A DNA stretch of 64,000 nt from Utricularia gibba. Its lineage: Eukaryota; Plantae; Magnoliophyta. Positions 1-12,358 of the stretch are shown here, in pieces. Below the pieces are notes generated by a model. It did not search any database. It was given only the letters and a program-made list of their open reading frames with translations, and was not told the origin of the DNA. Where the stretch lies: assembly GCA_002189035.1 (NCBI GenBank), contig NEEC01000004.1:3844001-3908000 (forward strand). Direction: 5' to 3'. Position 1 is the first letter of the stretch; every line of letters begins with the position of its first letter. The position numbers and the translations under genes are program-made.

Positions 1-810
1 GTTCAATTGGGCCTCAACAAAATGATAAAATTGTGTTTAGATATAATAAATTCGATAGAGTATTGTTAATTGAGCTAACTCTCAAATTGTTTAAATGTTA
101 AGTATTTCCAGTACTCTATAAATAAAGAAATAAACCATTTATTAAATTGGCATATGCTTCATTTGCAACTATTTTTTTCAATAGTATCCTTATTTTTTAT
201 CATTTATATTTTGAAGGGTTATTCTGCTTTGTGATCCCGTGAATCGAAATCTAACCACATCTTCTTCTCCTCTATATTGTTGCTTTGGCTCCATAACTTG
301 TAGAATGTCCATTGCATGTATCCCAGCCCCATCCATGTTTTTGATTGAAAAGATTTAAAGAAATATTAAATTTGGAAAAAGAAAATGAAAAATCATCTGA
401 CACATAAAGGTTATAGGAATACTTCTCTTAAGAAGAACCTATTGACACATTTATTCTCGAAGTGCACTAATCCAAAGCAAGTAGGTTATGTCCAATACTT
501 GATGGAAACATTATTGGAGAAGCGCATGAGATTACTTTGGACTATGAAACACCTAAGGGGACTTAGATGTGCCGGACTTACCAACAGCCAATGTGCACCA
601 ACCGAGAAGATGGGTAGAGATGTGGACGCTTCGCGAGACGAACCATGGGCACACGTGAGCAAACACATCACAAGGGAACTCACGGAGAGTGCGCAAGCGG
701 GTGTTGCACGTGGAAGCTCGCGGTGAGGGCAAGCATGTTCCATGTGGGAGCTCGCTACGTGTGCTGCAAACGCGGTAGGGCTTGTGCGAAGCTGGCGGAA
801 GGGAGAAAAC

Positions 811-1189
811 TGTTAGAATCTGATGCCAAGACTTTACTCTGCCTAAGTAACCCAAAGTAAGCCAGCAATTGATGAAGAACTATATTTGGAAGGGAACGCA
901 AATCAAGCAACGCTGGAGATGACATACTTATTCAAGAACTGATTCTGGAAAGGATGCAATAAAACAACAAAAGAAGGAAAGCCCCACAAATTCCGCAAGC
1001 AAATCAGCCCCTTTTCGTGTCTTTAGCCAACGGCTGAAGCTACCCCTCTGCTTTATAAATTAGGAACAATGGAACAAACAATGTAATGTTTTTCGTGTGG
1101 AATAAAATAAAACTTTTTTTGTGTCCGTCCGAAGAAATCCCAAAAACCCTCTCTAGGTCTCGAGATTGGAGGCTACACGAATCCTTTCA
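811..1189 (+). repeat. 5' LTR of Copia-1 (379 bp)
   Basis: Starts TGTTAGAATC, ends ATCCTTTCA. Aligns end to end with 5681-6049 (31 substitutions plus one 10-bp indel by manual count). Confidence 0.95.
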
Positions 1190-1207
1190 TGGTGACAGCT
1201 GTGGGAT
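1190..1207 (+). promoter_or_regulatory. Primer-binding site complementary to the 3' end of tRNA-Leu(UAG)
   Basis: TGGTGACAGCTGTGGGAT lies immediately after the 5' LTR. Its reverse complement ATCCCACAGCTGTCA-CCA matches the 3' end of plant cytosolic tRNA-Leu(TAG) as I recall it, not tRNA-iMet (TGGTATCAGAGC). Confidence 0.82.
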
Positions 1208-1311
1208 GTTCATCTCACTAGTGAAAAAAACCAACACAACGAATTTACAAGAAGAGGGTAAGTCACTTATCTACAAAACAATTTTCAGACCACTCATTTG
1301 TTACAGATTAC

Positions 1312-4300
1312 ATGGCTGGAAACAACACTCCGATTCCACTCCCTATGTTCGATGGAAAAGACTTCAAAATCTGGTCATTATGGATGATACTCTACCTCAA
1401 AAGCCAGCAGGCTTGGGATGTATTTGAAGCAGAGCTAACAATCCCTGAAAATGCAACTAATGAGGAGAAGAGTAGACTTATACAAGAAAGAGAAGACAAA
1501 GAACTTCGAGGAATGAACATCTTATCGGCTGCAGTCACCTCTGAAGTCTGTGAAGTGTTCATAGAATCTCCAAATCCAATTGCAACATGGAAGGCTTTAA
1601 ACAAAGCTTACAAACCTACCCCAGAAAAAATTGAAAAGGAGTAATCACCAGTGGCATCTACTTGATAATCTGATGTTGAAACCTGCGGAATCAATCACAA
1701 CACTAGTGGAAAATCTCCATAGTATTCTGAAACGACTCACAAAGCTTGGAGAAACAGTTGACGACAGAAGAATAAAAAATAGGATCATTTCTGCACTACC
1801 CAGCTCTTTTGATACTGCACTAACAGCTATTGCAGCCTCTCGAGGACTGAAAAAACACACCCTTGAAGAACTTCTAGATGCTCTCTACAATGCTGAATTA
1901 ACCGACAGCACAAGGGCATCAAGAGCTAGTAAGGAGATAGCCTTCAAAGCAAATTTTGAAAAGAAATATGATCATAAAGTGCGAATTCGACCTCATCCGA
2001 GTGCCTCTTTTGCAAGCAAAAGAATCACCTCCAAGTCAACTGCTTTTGGCATCCAGAGAAGATCTGCCACTACTGCAAAGAAAAGGGACACATACAAAGA
2101 GACTATCCGAAGAGAAGATAGAAAATAACTGACGAAAATGAAGATTTGTCTCAAAACTCTTAGAACACTACAAAAGCTATGAGCTCCTTCATTTCTAATG
2201 AAAAAGAAATCATTGATATTTACAATATGCGCAAAGACATAATTCTAGCAGCAGCAATAAACCTAAGAGCTAAAGACACTTGGTTAATTAACAATGGATG
2301 CAGCAACCATTTGACTAACGACTTTGACATCTTTGTATCATATCAGCCACTCTACGGAAGGGATACAGAAATAGCAGATGGAAACTATATCAAGGCTCTA
2401 GGGATTGACACAATCTGACTAGACACTGGAGCGCACTTCTTGCATATATCAAATGTGTACTATGTCCCCTCAGCTTCATATAATCTACTCAGAGTGGGAC
2501 AACTTATGCTTAAAGTGTTGAATGTTCTGTTTATAAACCAGAGCTGCAAGGCGGTCACACAAGCTGACAAAGAGATTCTAAACATCACAATGGAAGGAAG
2601 AATATTTCCACTAAGAACGTCAACTCCACAAGAAGGCAGTGACTCAAAAATTCTGATAAGTATGGCAGCAAAAGAAAATGCAAGACTATGGCATCAAAGA
2701 CTCGGTTATTACAACTACACATCCATCAAGAAAATTCAGAGAAACTCACTTGTTGAAGGGCTCCCAAGCTTCCCCATAATTAAGGAAGTATGCAAAATAT
2801 GTCAAGTTGGGAAGTCATGCTGTCTACCGTTCGGAAAAGGAACCTGGAATTCCAAAAAAAAATTGGAACTTATTCATAGTGATGTGTGTGGACCGATGCA
2901 AACAGAAACACTATCAGGAAATAAGTATTTTTGTAGATGATTTCACTAAATTTTGTTGGGTGTTTTTCCTGAAACATAGGTCAGAAGTATTACAAAGCTT
3001 CAAGATATTTAAAGCAATGATAGAAAATCAAAGCGGAGAGAAGATCAAATATATAAGATCTAATAATGGTGGAGAGTACACACCTCTAGAATTGGAAAAC
3101 CTCTGCAATAAAGAATGGATAATTCATCACTTCACTGCCTCTTACACATCACACCAAAATGGAGTAAGTAAAAGACGCAACAGAACAGTTATGGACATGT
3201 CGCGATGTCTTCTATACAGAAAAGAAATTCCTTTGAGATTCTGGGGTTAAGCTGTAAACATAGCAGTATATCTCCTCAACCGATTGCCAACAGAAGGAAC
3301 ATCAGAATATAAGACACCGTTTGAGCTCTGGCATGTGCGTGTACCTAGTATTGAGCACCTGAAAGTGTTTGGATGCATATGCTATACTCATGTCCCTAAG
3401 AAAAAGAGGTCAAAACTAGACAAAAGGGTCAAATCGGTGTATTTCTAGGTTACAGCAATACCAAAAAGGGCTTCAGAATTTTGGATCTCGCAACAAAGAA
3501 AATCATCATCAACAAAGATGTGATATTTGATGAAGAAAGAGGCTGGAATTGGAAAGAAACAAGAGAAGAGTTCCATGAAACAAGAGACTATCTCAAAATA
3601 AAAATTCTAAACTTCTTCCCAAACTGGAATAGCAAGCAAGTAAATGATGAACATGCATCTGAAGAGCAAAGCCATACTCCAGAAAATTCAGATGAAGAAT
3701 ATACACAAACAACAAATCAAAATATTACAGGCGAGCCAACATACACAGGAGCAGAAGGCAACTAGAAATCAATTTGCTACAAGAAATGCTGAAATTATGT
3801 TTTTCGAAGAGGAAGGCAGAAACCAAGAGCAAGATAGCAGTGAAATGAATCCTATTGTGTAGCAATCTGCAGAAAATGCCCAAAACAATATCTATCTTCC
3901 TAGAGATGAAATAACAGAGGGAGAAAAATGGCCACTCAGAACAAGTGCACGAATCACAACCACAAAACTTGGAATCCGAAGTAAGGAGCCGTAGAACACG
4001 AACTCCATCAACCAGATACCCAGATTCAGATTATGTGCTGATGGCAAATGAAACAAATAAAAAAAAAGGCCTGCAAAGAACCAGATTCAGTCAATAAAGC
4101 CTTGAAACAACCAGAATGGAAATATGTAATGGAAGAAGAAATCAGAATGATAGAAAAAAATCAAACTTGGAGCCTTGTTAAAAAAACATATAGAAAACCA
4201 ATGGGAGTCAAATGGGTCTTCAGGACAAAATTGAATGCAGATGGAACAATAAACAAGTTGAAGGCACATTTAGTGGCGAAAGGATATTCTCAAAAGGAAG

Positions 4301-5802
4301 GACTCGACTATAATGAAACCTTTGCACCCGTAGGCTCGATACAATTAAGCTCATTCTAGCACTGGCAGCATGCCACAACTGGAAAGTTTACCACCTTGAT
4401 GTGAAGTTGGCGTTTTTAAATGGAACACTGCAAGAAAAAATCTACATCCAACAACCCCCTGGATTTGTGAAAAAGGGAGAAGAAGAGAAAGTGTTGCTCC
4501 TCTACAAAGCCCTATACGGCCTCAAACAGGCACCAAGGGAATGATACACCAAAATAGACAAACACTTCTTGATCGCCGGATTCAAAAGAAGCAAGAGTGA
4601 TCCTACATTGTACATCTTAGACACACCAGGTAAAGCACAGGTAATTATTTCATTATACGTAGATGATATACTCATAACAGGTGCAAATCAAGAACTCATC
4701 AAATAGCAAAAGGAAAACTTGATGAAAGCATTTGAAGTGTCTGATCTAGTTGAAGCTAGATATTTCCTCGGGTTGGAGATCACACAAGGGGATGATTATA
4801 TCACCCTAGAACAAATTAAATACTACAGAGACCTCATCAAGAAATATAGGCTCAGCAAGGGAAAATATACCTCAATACCCATCTCACAAGACGCAAAACC
4901 AATCCCAATCGACACAATGCAAGGAAAGGCAAACATATAAGACCCAAGAAACTTGGTGGATGAAAGAACATACCGAAGCATCATCGATTCACTCATGTAC
5001 CTATTTGCTACGAGGCCAGACATCACCTTCACTGTAAGTTATCTCTCTAGATTCATGACAAAGCCACACCAAAATCACTTTGATTCAGCAATTAAAATTC
5101 TCAAGTATATAAAGAGTACTATCAATTTTGCACTTCACTTCAAAAAATACACTAACCCCTAATTGAGTGCTATGTATACAGTGATTACGTAGGTGATCTA
5201 GCAGATTACAAGTCAACAACAAGCTACATTTTAATACTAGGCGGAACAACATTGCTTGGAATAGTAAGAAACAAGAAGTGGTTGCTCAATCATCATCTGA
5301 AGCGGAGTATATGGCATGCACAGCAGCCTCAAATCATCATGTGGTGTGGATCTTAAAGATCCTAGATGATCTCAAAATGCCAACGACCAAACCCATAATC
5401 ATCAAGATAGACAACAAATCCACAATTCACATGGCTAAAAATGATGTGATGTTCGGAAGATGCAAGCACATAAATGTGAAATTCCATGTCCTAAGGGACT
5501 ATGTACACACTGGAATAAGTCACGTGAAGCACATACCTTTAGAACTACAAGCAGCTGATGCACTCACCAAATTCCTCTATCCCAAAAGCTTCTGTCAACA
5601 CCGAGACACCATGGGCCTTCAAGAACTCCCAAGAACACTTGAAATTGAGGAGGAGGAAAGCACTTCCCATCAAGGAGGAGTGTTAGAATCAGATGCGAAG
5701 ACTTTACTCTGCCTAAGTAAACTAGCAATTGATGAGGAACTATACTTGGAAGGGAACACAAATCAAGCAACATTGGAGATGACAGCCTTATTCAAGAAAT
5801 GA
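1312..5802 (+). pseudogene. Disrupted gag-pol polyprotein of Copia-1
   Basis: Fragmented ORFs: gag (FDGKDFKIW; UBN2-like; degenerate CCHC knuckle CHYCKEKGHIQRDY near 2063), protease (TWLINNGCSNHLT), GAG-pre-integrase (LWHQRLG), integrase (IHSDVCGP, SNNGGEY), RT (KWVFRTK, LVAKGYSQ, YVDD), RNase H (VAQSSSEAEY). Many stops and frameshifts. Confidence 0.93.
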
Positions 5803-6049
5803 TTCTGAAAAGGATGCAAGAAAACAACAAACGAAGGAAAGCCCCACAAATTCCGCAAGCAAATTAGCCTCTTTTTGTGTCTTTAGCCAACGGCTGAAGC
5901 TACCCCTCTACTCTATAAATTAGGAACAATGGAACAAACAATGTAATGTTTTTTGTATGGAATAAAATAAAACATTTTTTGTGTTCGTCCAAAGAAATCC
6001 CAGAAACTCTCTCCAGGTCTCGAGATCGGAGGTTACATGAATCCTTTCA
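5681..6049 (+). repeat. 3' LTR of Copia-1 (369 bp)
   Basis: Preceded by the PPT, TG...CA ends, followed by the AAAAC TSD. Confidence 0.95.
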
Positions 6050-6090
6050 AAAACAGGCAACTCAAGCAGGGAACAATTTTTGATAGTGCC

Positions 6091-7290
6091 TGATAAACGA
6101 AAAATTGTGCAAGTCGTTAATTGCAAATTTTCCTATCAAATAAATTTATAACCTATCCCACATTCAAGCATAAAACAATTATGAGCATAGTGATTAGGGT
6201 CGAACACGAAGAACAGGTGCTTGCTATGTGAAAGTTGACGCACGAAACTAGTGTCACGTTGGTAAAATTGGTCTTAGCTAGGACTAAGGCAGAACTAAAA
6301 CGAAATACAGTAAATAAAAATAACAAGTTCTAGAGTTCGGTTGTTTTTGGAATGGAATGGGTGATGCCTTGAGACTCCTAGGGGATGTATGCTCATCACT
6401 AAACAAACTCACACAAACCACAAATCATACAACTAACTCACAAGATCTAGGTCTACCCGGATTCTTGTTTTTCCCCCTAATCTTTGTCTACCTCTAAGTA
6501 GGGTTGTTAAGTTGGGTTTCACTACTTCCCCTCCTGGATCTATCCTGGTTTGTTAAGGAAGTGGCGTGACTCATGGCTGTTTAGATCTAAAGGTTGATTA
6601 ACATGTTTCTCCCATTTTTACCCCAAGGCACCCCCCTAAGTACTTAGCCACTCATGCTTAAGGTAAATGAAAGTGAAAAAGAAAACATCACCCACAGTGT
6701 GCTCATTTCACAGTCAAATACCAGAAAGCAAACAAGCAAGTAATGTGAAGTGTCAACAAAAACTGAAAAACATCACTAGCTACTCTTAGCTAGGAGTAAT
6801 GTTCTTCGAAAACAGAAAATAATTTTGAACTTCAGCTTCGTTCCTGTTTGTCTTCCTTTTTCTTCCTCCCCAGAAAACCTTCCTAGAAATTGTGTTCGTG
6901 AGTCTCCAAGGGGAGATCTACTTCTCTCTCTACCTTTCCTCCTTTTTGTCCAAAATCTCCATTTTTCACCTCCTTGGACTTTGTGTGTACTCTTTTTCAG
7001 ACTTCTGCCACCACACTGTTCATACTCGGCTCCTTGGGATTTGTGTTGCGACCCATACTGCATTGCTCGAAAGGAACTGTTAGAAGGTTGGGATTTGTCT
7101 TAGTCCCAACTAAGACTAAAAGTGCACTCCTACGGTACTTATGTGCAAAAATATAGAAACAGGCAATTAAGCTTAACTTTTGTAGCATAAAATGAGTAAA
7201 TTCCATGCATTGAGCCACTTAAAAATATGTGTTATCACATTATGCTACAACGACACTAGACTTGTCCTCAAGTCCTAACTAAAACTAACA
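6091..7290 (-). mobile_element. Athila-like (Ty3/gypsy) LTR (6091-7237) plus a short piece of adjacent internal sequence
   Basis: Inverted termini TGATAA...TTATCA (6091 / 7237). On the minus strand it carries motifs I associate with Athila LTRs (ATGAGTGGCTAA; TTCGTGTTCGACCC near the LTR end), and GACTTGAGGACAAG just outside the LTR. No TSD and no coding domains. Confidence 0.6.
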
Positions 7291-10200
7291 GGATTCAAGA
7301 AAATTGTTCGCTACTTCACTATCAGAAACTAGAAAGAAGGATCGCGACATAAATCGCGAAGAAGAGAGGAAACCGACTAGTTCACTCTACCCCTTGCTCA
7401 GTTCATTTACCGATTTGAGAAAACAGGGGACTTGGTTAGTAGAAAGCGGTTGCAGCCACCATCTGACCAATGATCTCTCACTCTTTACCACATTCATTTA
7501 ACTAGAAAACAAATATCTTCAAATATCAGATGGAAAAATCATACCTATTAAAGGTGAAGGATTCGTCTGCCTTGAGACACCCAGAACCTCCTCAAACTCT
7601 CTGAAATATATTATGTCCCAAATGTCTCCCATAATCTACTTAGTATAGGGCAACTTGTGGAAAAACACTTCAACATTCATCTAGCAGATAATCACTGCAC
7701 TATTCGGGATATTGATGAGAACATCATACTTACCTCACCCATGGTGAACCGTGTTTTCCCACTTATTCCAATTGCTTAGCCCCAACTGCCTTCCACTTGT
7801 TTGTCTATAATAGAGATCTTTGACCTGTGGCATAAAAGGCTTGAGCACCATCACTATGGATCGATAAATACCTTAAAAAATAAAGATCTAACTGATGGCA
7901 TTCCTCACCTAAATCGACAGGACAAGCTCTATAGCTTGTATCTATAATGCAAGCAAGTCAAACAATCTTTTCCATCATCAAGCTCTTTTGCTACTCAAAA
8001 ACTTGGTGTAGTCTCCATTGACGTGTGTGGCCCCATGAATAAAGTATCAAATGGTGGAAACATGTATTATGTTCTATTCATTGATGAATTCTTCAAATAT
8101 ACATGGGTATATCTTCTCAAACAAATATCAAAAGTATTGCACTACTTCTCCATATTTAAAGTTATGGCTGAAGTTCAGAGTGGTAGAAAGATACTGACCC
8201 TGATTTCCGACAATGAAGGCGAATACTTATCCACTGATCTAAAAAATCTCTGTGAAATCAATGGCATAGTACACCAGTTTACTGTTCCTTACACTCCACA
8301 ACAGAATGACACCTACGAAAGGAAGAATCACATCATCATGAACATGGCAAGATGCCTTCTGTATGAAAAAGACCTACCTCTTGGATTCTGGAGAGAATCA
8401 ATCAACACTGCCATGTATATTCTGAATCGCCTACCGACCAAAGGTAATGCAGAAGGAAAATCTCCCTATGAACTTTGGTTCAATAAAAAGCCTAACCTAT
8501 AACACCTCAGAGTCTTTGGCTCTGCCTACTATATTCTCAAACCTGCAGAATAGAGAGTTAAATTGGACAGAAAATCGGATATGGGTATTTTTTTGGGATA
8601 TTCCAATACTAGTAAAACATATCGTGTCTTCAATATTACCTCAAAGAAGATGCAAGTCAGCCGAGATGTTGTTGTAGATGAAGGAAAAACCTATAACTGG
8701 AAGTCTATATTTTCTCTACCTCAGCCGTCAGCTCACACTGATAATGTCTTCAATCTATTTCCTACACAAGAAAAAGACATTGATAGTACTAAATATACTC
8801 ACTTCTCTCAGTTGTCCACTACTACATGCCCTAATTACTTTCCTTTAGATACACCTGCTCTGCCACTACTAAATACCTTTGCTATTCTACAACATATTCG
8901 AACGATGGAACCGGCCTTTACAGAATCCACACGACCTATTACTAGGGGGAATCTTTCGGAAAATGATGAAGTCCCTACAAAAACCCCACATGTACCTGAT
9001 TATACTCACTTTTTATCATCATCAGGTCTTCCTGCTCCTACTCATGAATCTCATCAGGAAGGTGTGCATCTCCTTGACACAAGATGCCTATAGATATCTT
9101 AGAAGATAATCTAGGAATAGGGGAGTGTAAAAAATCAATCGAAGAATTACCTCCCGATTTTCTTCCTAGAATACTCTTAGAAGCTACAGCAGACTATCTA
9201 GACACTACTTCTCATGACTATACATCCGATGAACAATCTCACCAACCATTTTCAGAGCTACAACCTTAGCGATAATGAGGATTATCTTAGCGACTTTGAC
9301 ATACCTCTTATCAAGAAATACAAATCTATTCAAGATATTATTGGATGTACTAACATGATGCTAGAAGATCAACGTGCCTCTAACATCATGAAAATTCCAT
9401 AATGGAAGAGATCCATGGATGAGGAACTCAACTCCATTCATGCTCATGATGTAAGGGAAGTTGTGGATAGACTTGTTGATGCCAAAGTTCTTAGTCTAAA
9501 ATGGATACACAAAGAAAAATTGAATGCGGATGGTACTCACAACAAGATTAAATCTCGCATAGTCGCCAAGGGCTATCTTCAACAAGCAGGAATAGACTAC
9601 TATGACACGTTTTCCCCAGTTGCTCGCCTTGACACTATCAAACTGATTATTGCCATGTCTGCTTGTTACAAGTGGAAATTTCATCACCTGGATATAAAAA
9701 TGCGCTTTTCTCAATAGTGAATTATCAGAGGAGATCTATGTCTACCCTCCCCCTGGTTACGAAATGAGAGATGGCAAGAATAAAGTTCTCAAACTAAAGA
9801 AGGTCATCTATGGATTAAAACAGGCTTCCAAGGAATGATACTCAACCATTGATGCCTATTTCATTGAGCTAGGCTATACTTGGAGTAAAAATGACAGTAC
9901 ACTATATATTCTCGAAATAGCTGCAGGCAAAGTTATCATCTCGCTATACATAGATGACATTTTATTAACTGGCAATAATTCTAACCTTATTGAGGAATAA
10001 AACACCCTGATGAAAGCACTCTTTGAACTAGTTGACCGTGGCTTGACTTAGTACTTCCTTGGATTGGATATTCTACAAGGCAAGAACTACATCTTTGCGA
10101 ATAAAAAAAAATACATTGATGATTTACTCACTAGATATGGTCTCCAAGAAGCCAAGAGTAGCTCCGTTCCATTCCCTTCAGAAATCAAACAAAAAATGAA

Positions 10201-11326
10201 AGACTCAGAGATTGAATATCTCAATACAAAGGAATTTCAAAGACGTGTCGGAGCTCTACTGTACCTGATTGCTACATGCCCGGACATCACCTTTGCAGTG
10301 GCCTATCTCTCAAGATACATGCACAAGCCCTAACAAGTACATATGGATGCTACGAAAAAAATTCTCAAGTACTTGAAAACCACCTCTATACTAGGTCTAT
10401 ATTTCAACTCTGGAACTAACCCATCCTGCAAGGCTTTGTCGACTCCGATTTGCAGGAGATGAAGAAAATTGCAGCTCTACTACGGGGTACCTATTCAATT
10501 TAGGCTCTGCCACATTCGCCTGGAACAGCAAGAAGTAGCGCACTATTGCACAATCCTCAGTTGAGGCTGAGTACATGGCTGGGGCTACAGCTGCAAATCA
10601 CGCACAATGATTGATCAAACTATGCAAAGACCTATGTATCAATATCAGCAAACCAGTAATTCTCAAAATCGACAACAAGTTGGCTACAAGCATCTCTTAA
10701 AATCCGGTTATGTTTGGACGCACAAAGCATATAAAGGTAAAATACCATGTTCTGCGAGAATATGTGAAAGAGGGGACAATTCGACTGGATTACATACCAA
10801 ATGAGCAGTAGGCTGCATACATTTTAACAAAATGTCTCTTCCCAGTGAATTTTTACATAGTGCACGAAATGTTGAGGTTGAGGAGGAACCCATTAGAAAT
10901 TGAGCAATGTTCTCAATTGGATCAAGAAGGAATGTTAGAAGATTGTGACTCAATTAAGGATTCAAGAAAATTATTTGCTACTTCAGCATCAGAAACTAGA
11001 AAGGAGAATCGCAACAAAAGTTGCGAAGAAGAGAGGAAGCCGACTGGTTCACTAAAGCACCTGAGCCGAGTTATTCTGAGCTCAAATCTACTGCAAGGCC
11101 TTGACCCACATAATTCTCTACCTCAACTTCAATCAGAAACCCATAACCCACTGAAGTAAATGATATAAGAACAATACAACGGCCCCTTGTGGTTGCCAAT
11201 GGTTACTATTTTCTGTATATATACCCTTGTAACCTGCCAATGTAAGATAAGCCTTCCATTTTTATCACAAAACATATCTTTCTACATGCTCTCTCTACTA
11301 TAATTTCTCACAACCCATTGCTAACA
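7291..11326 (+). mobile_element. Second Ty1/copia element (Copia-2), 5'-truncated and gag-deleted
   Basis: 7291-7386 matches 10958-11053 of the 3' LTR, then jumps directly to protease (TWLVESGCSHHLT). Integrase (DVCGPM, SDNEGEY), RT (LKWIHKEK, IVAKGYLQ) and RNase H (SSVEAEY) fragments follow. PPT ATCAAGAAGGAA precedes the 3' LTR. Confidence 0.9.
10933..11326 (+). repeat. 3' LTR of Copia-2 (about 394 bp)
   Basis: TGTTAG...CTAACA inverted termini, preceded by a purine tract, with a TATA-like TGTATATATA inside. Confidence 0.8.
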
Positions 11327-12242
11327 GCAATGTGAGTGCGCTCACAGGATGGGTGCCAAGGAACCCTTCGGGTGTGAGGATGAAATGTCCGTGAGCACCT
11401 AGGCATTTTGATGGAAACACTCTACCATGATTAACCCTTACTATTCGTGTGTAGGTCCATTATTACCGAGATGGCAACAAAGGTTGCCAAAGAGGAGGCA
11501 TCAATGGGGTAACTCAAGCCTAGCATAAGTGACGAAGGTCATAGTTTTTGTGTGCATCAACTTTGACTGTTTTTGGAGGAAGCTACTTTCTTATGTGAAC
11601 TCAATTTGAAACGATGTGTTGAGACTTTTGTTGAAATGTGATTTTCAGAAATTCCCTAGTCTTATGATTTGTATGTGGAATGTTTCCCAATGGCATATGT
11701 TGCATGCAGCACGACCGATTAGGAAGTGATAACACACTAAATTGCATGATTGTGGTATGTGGGGCATTACACTTTGGAGCCTAGTGTAGAACTAAGAATT
11801 CCTACGGTAAATAAATATTATTCATCATAAATTTATTGAGAAAAAAACATGATATCGATGATATTTTCTTGTAGTTGCAAAGCCAAAAAAACAGGATACA
11901 TAAGCACACGATATTTTGTCCACAAAATATATTTGAATACAAGTAACAATCTTTTCCTCAAGATTCCTCTAGATAGATTCACTGAAATTAGTCATTTGAA
12001 TTCAAGTAATAAAACAAAAGTTCAAAGGGAACCGCATCTAATGGACAAAAGAAGTCATAGGTTGCCTTCCATGTATCATCAATTTATAGTTTTTGGCAGA
12101 GTATGTATTTTATTAATGATCCTTAACTAATAGTAAATATGTATCAAATGTAAAAAACATATATAACTTTATAAACTCATAACCATTTCTATCTCAACTT
12201 TCTTGAAAAAGATTGCAATTTTATTTCAAATAGAAAAAATTG

Positions 12243-12358
12243 AGAAAATTTCTTTCAATGCCAACTCCACTTTTTACCATGCAATTTATTACCATGAAAA
12301 TGTTTTACCATATATTTGTAGATAAATTGGTTGGAATTGGCATTGAAAGAAATTTTCT
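12243..12358. mobile_element. Small fold-back / MITE-like element (116 bp)
   Basis: 27-bp inverted arms AGAAAATTTCTTTCAATGCCAACTCCA (12243-12269) and TGGAATTGGCATTGAAAGAAATTTTCT (12332-12358), one mismatch. No clear TSD. Confidence 0.6.

Larger units (their letters stand above)
811..6049 (+). mobile_element. Full-length, decayed Ty1/copia LTR retrotransposon (Copia-1)
   Basis: Two direct repeats with TG...CA ends (811-1189, 5681-6049). Identical 5-bp flanks AAAAC at 806-810 and 6050-6054 (TSD). PBS at 1190, PPT (AAGGAGGAG) at 5672-5680. Copia domain order gag-PR-INT-RT-RH. Confidence 0.97.

Noticed and set aside
385-860. Overlapping ORFs 385-726, 486-743, 553-855 and 645-860 left of Copia-1
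   Set aside because: No recognisable motifs. Two of them run into or out of the LTR. They are most likely chance ORFs in a GC-richer patch that was the insertion target.
7078-7290. Possible tiny solo LTR/TRIM (TGTTAG...CTAACA, or TG...CA at 7096-7290 flanked by GGATT)
   Set aside because: It overlaps the better-supported Athila-like LTR end at 7237. The 7078 version has mismatched flanks (GGAAC/GGATT) and the 7096 version has poor inverted termini. Cannot be separated from coincidence.
11330-11830. Possible further gypsy LTR fragment after Copia-2
   Set aside because: Repeat-like composition and a shared CCTACGGTA with the 7130 region, but no termini, TSD or coding motif that I can support.
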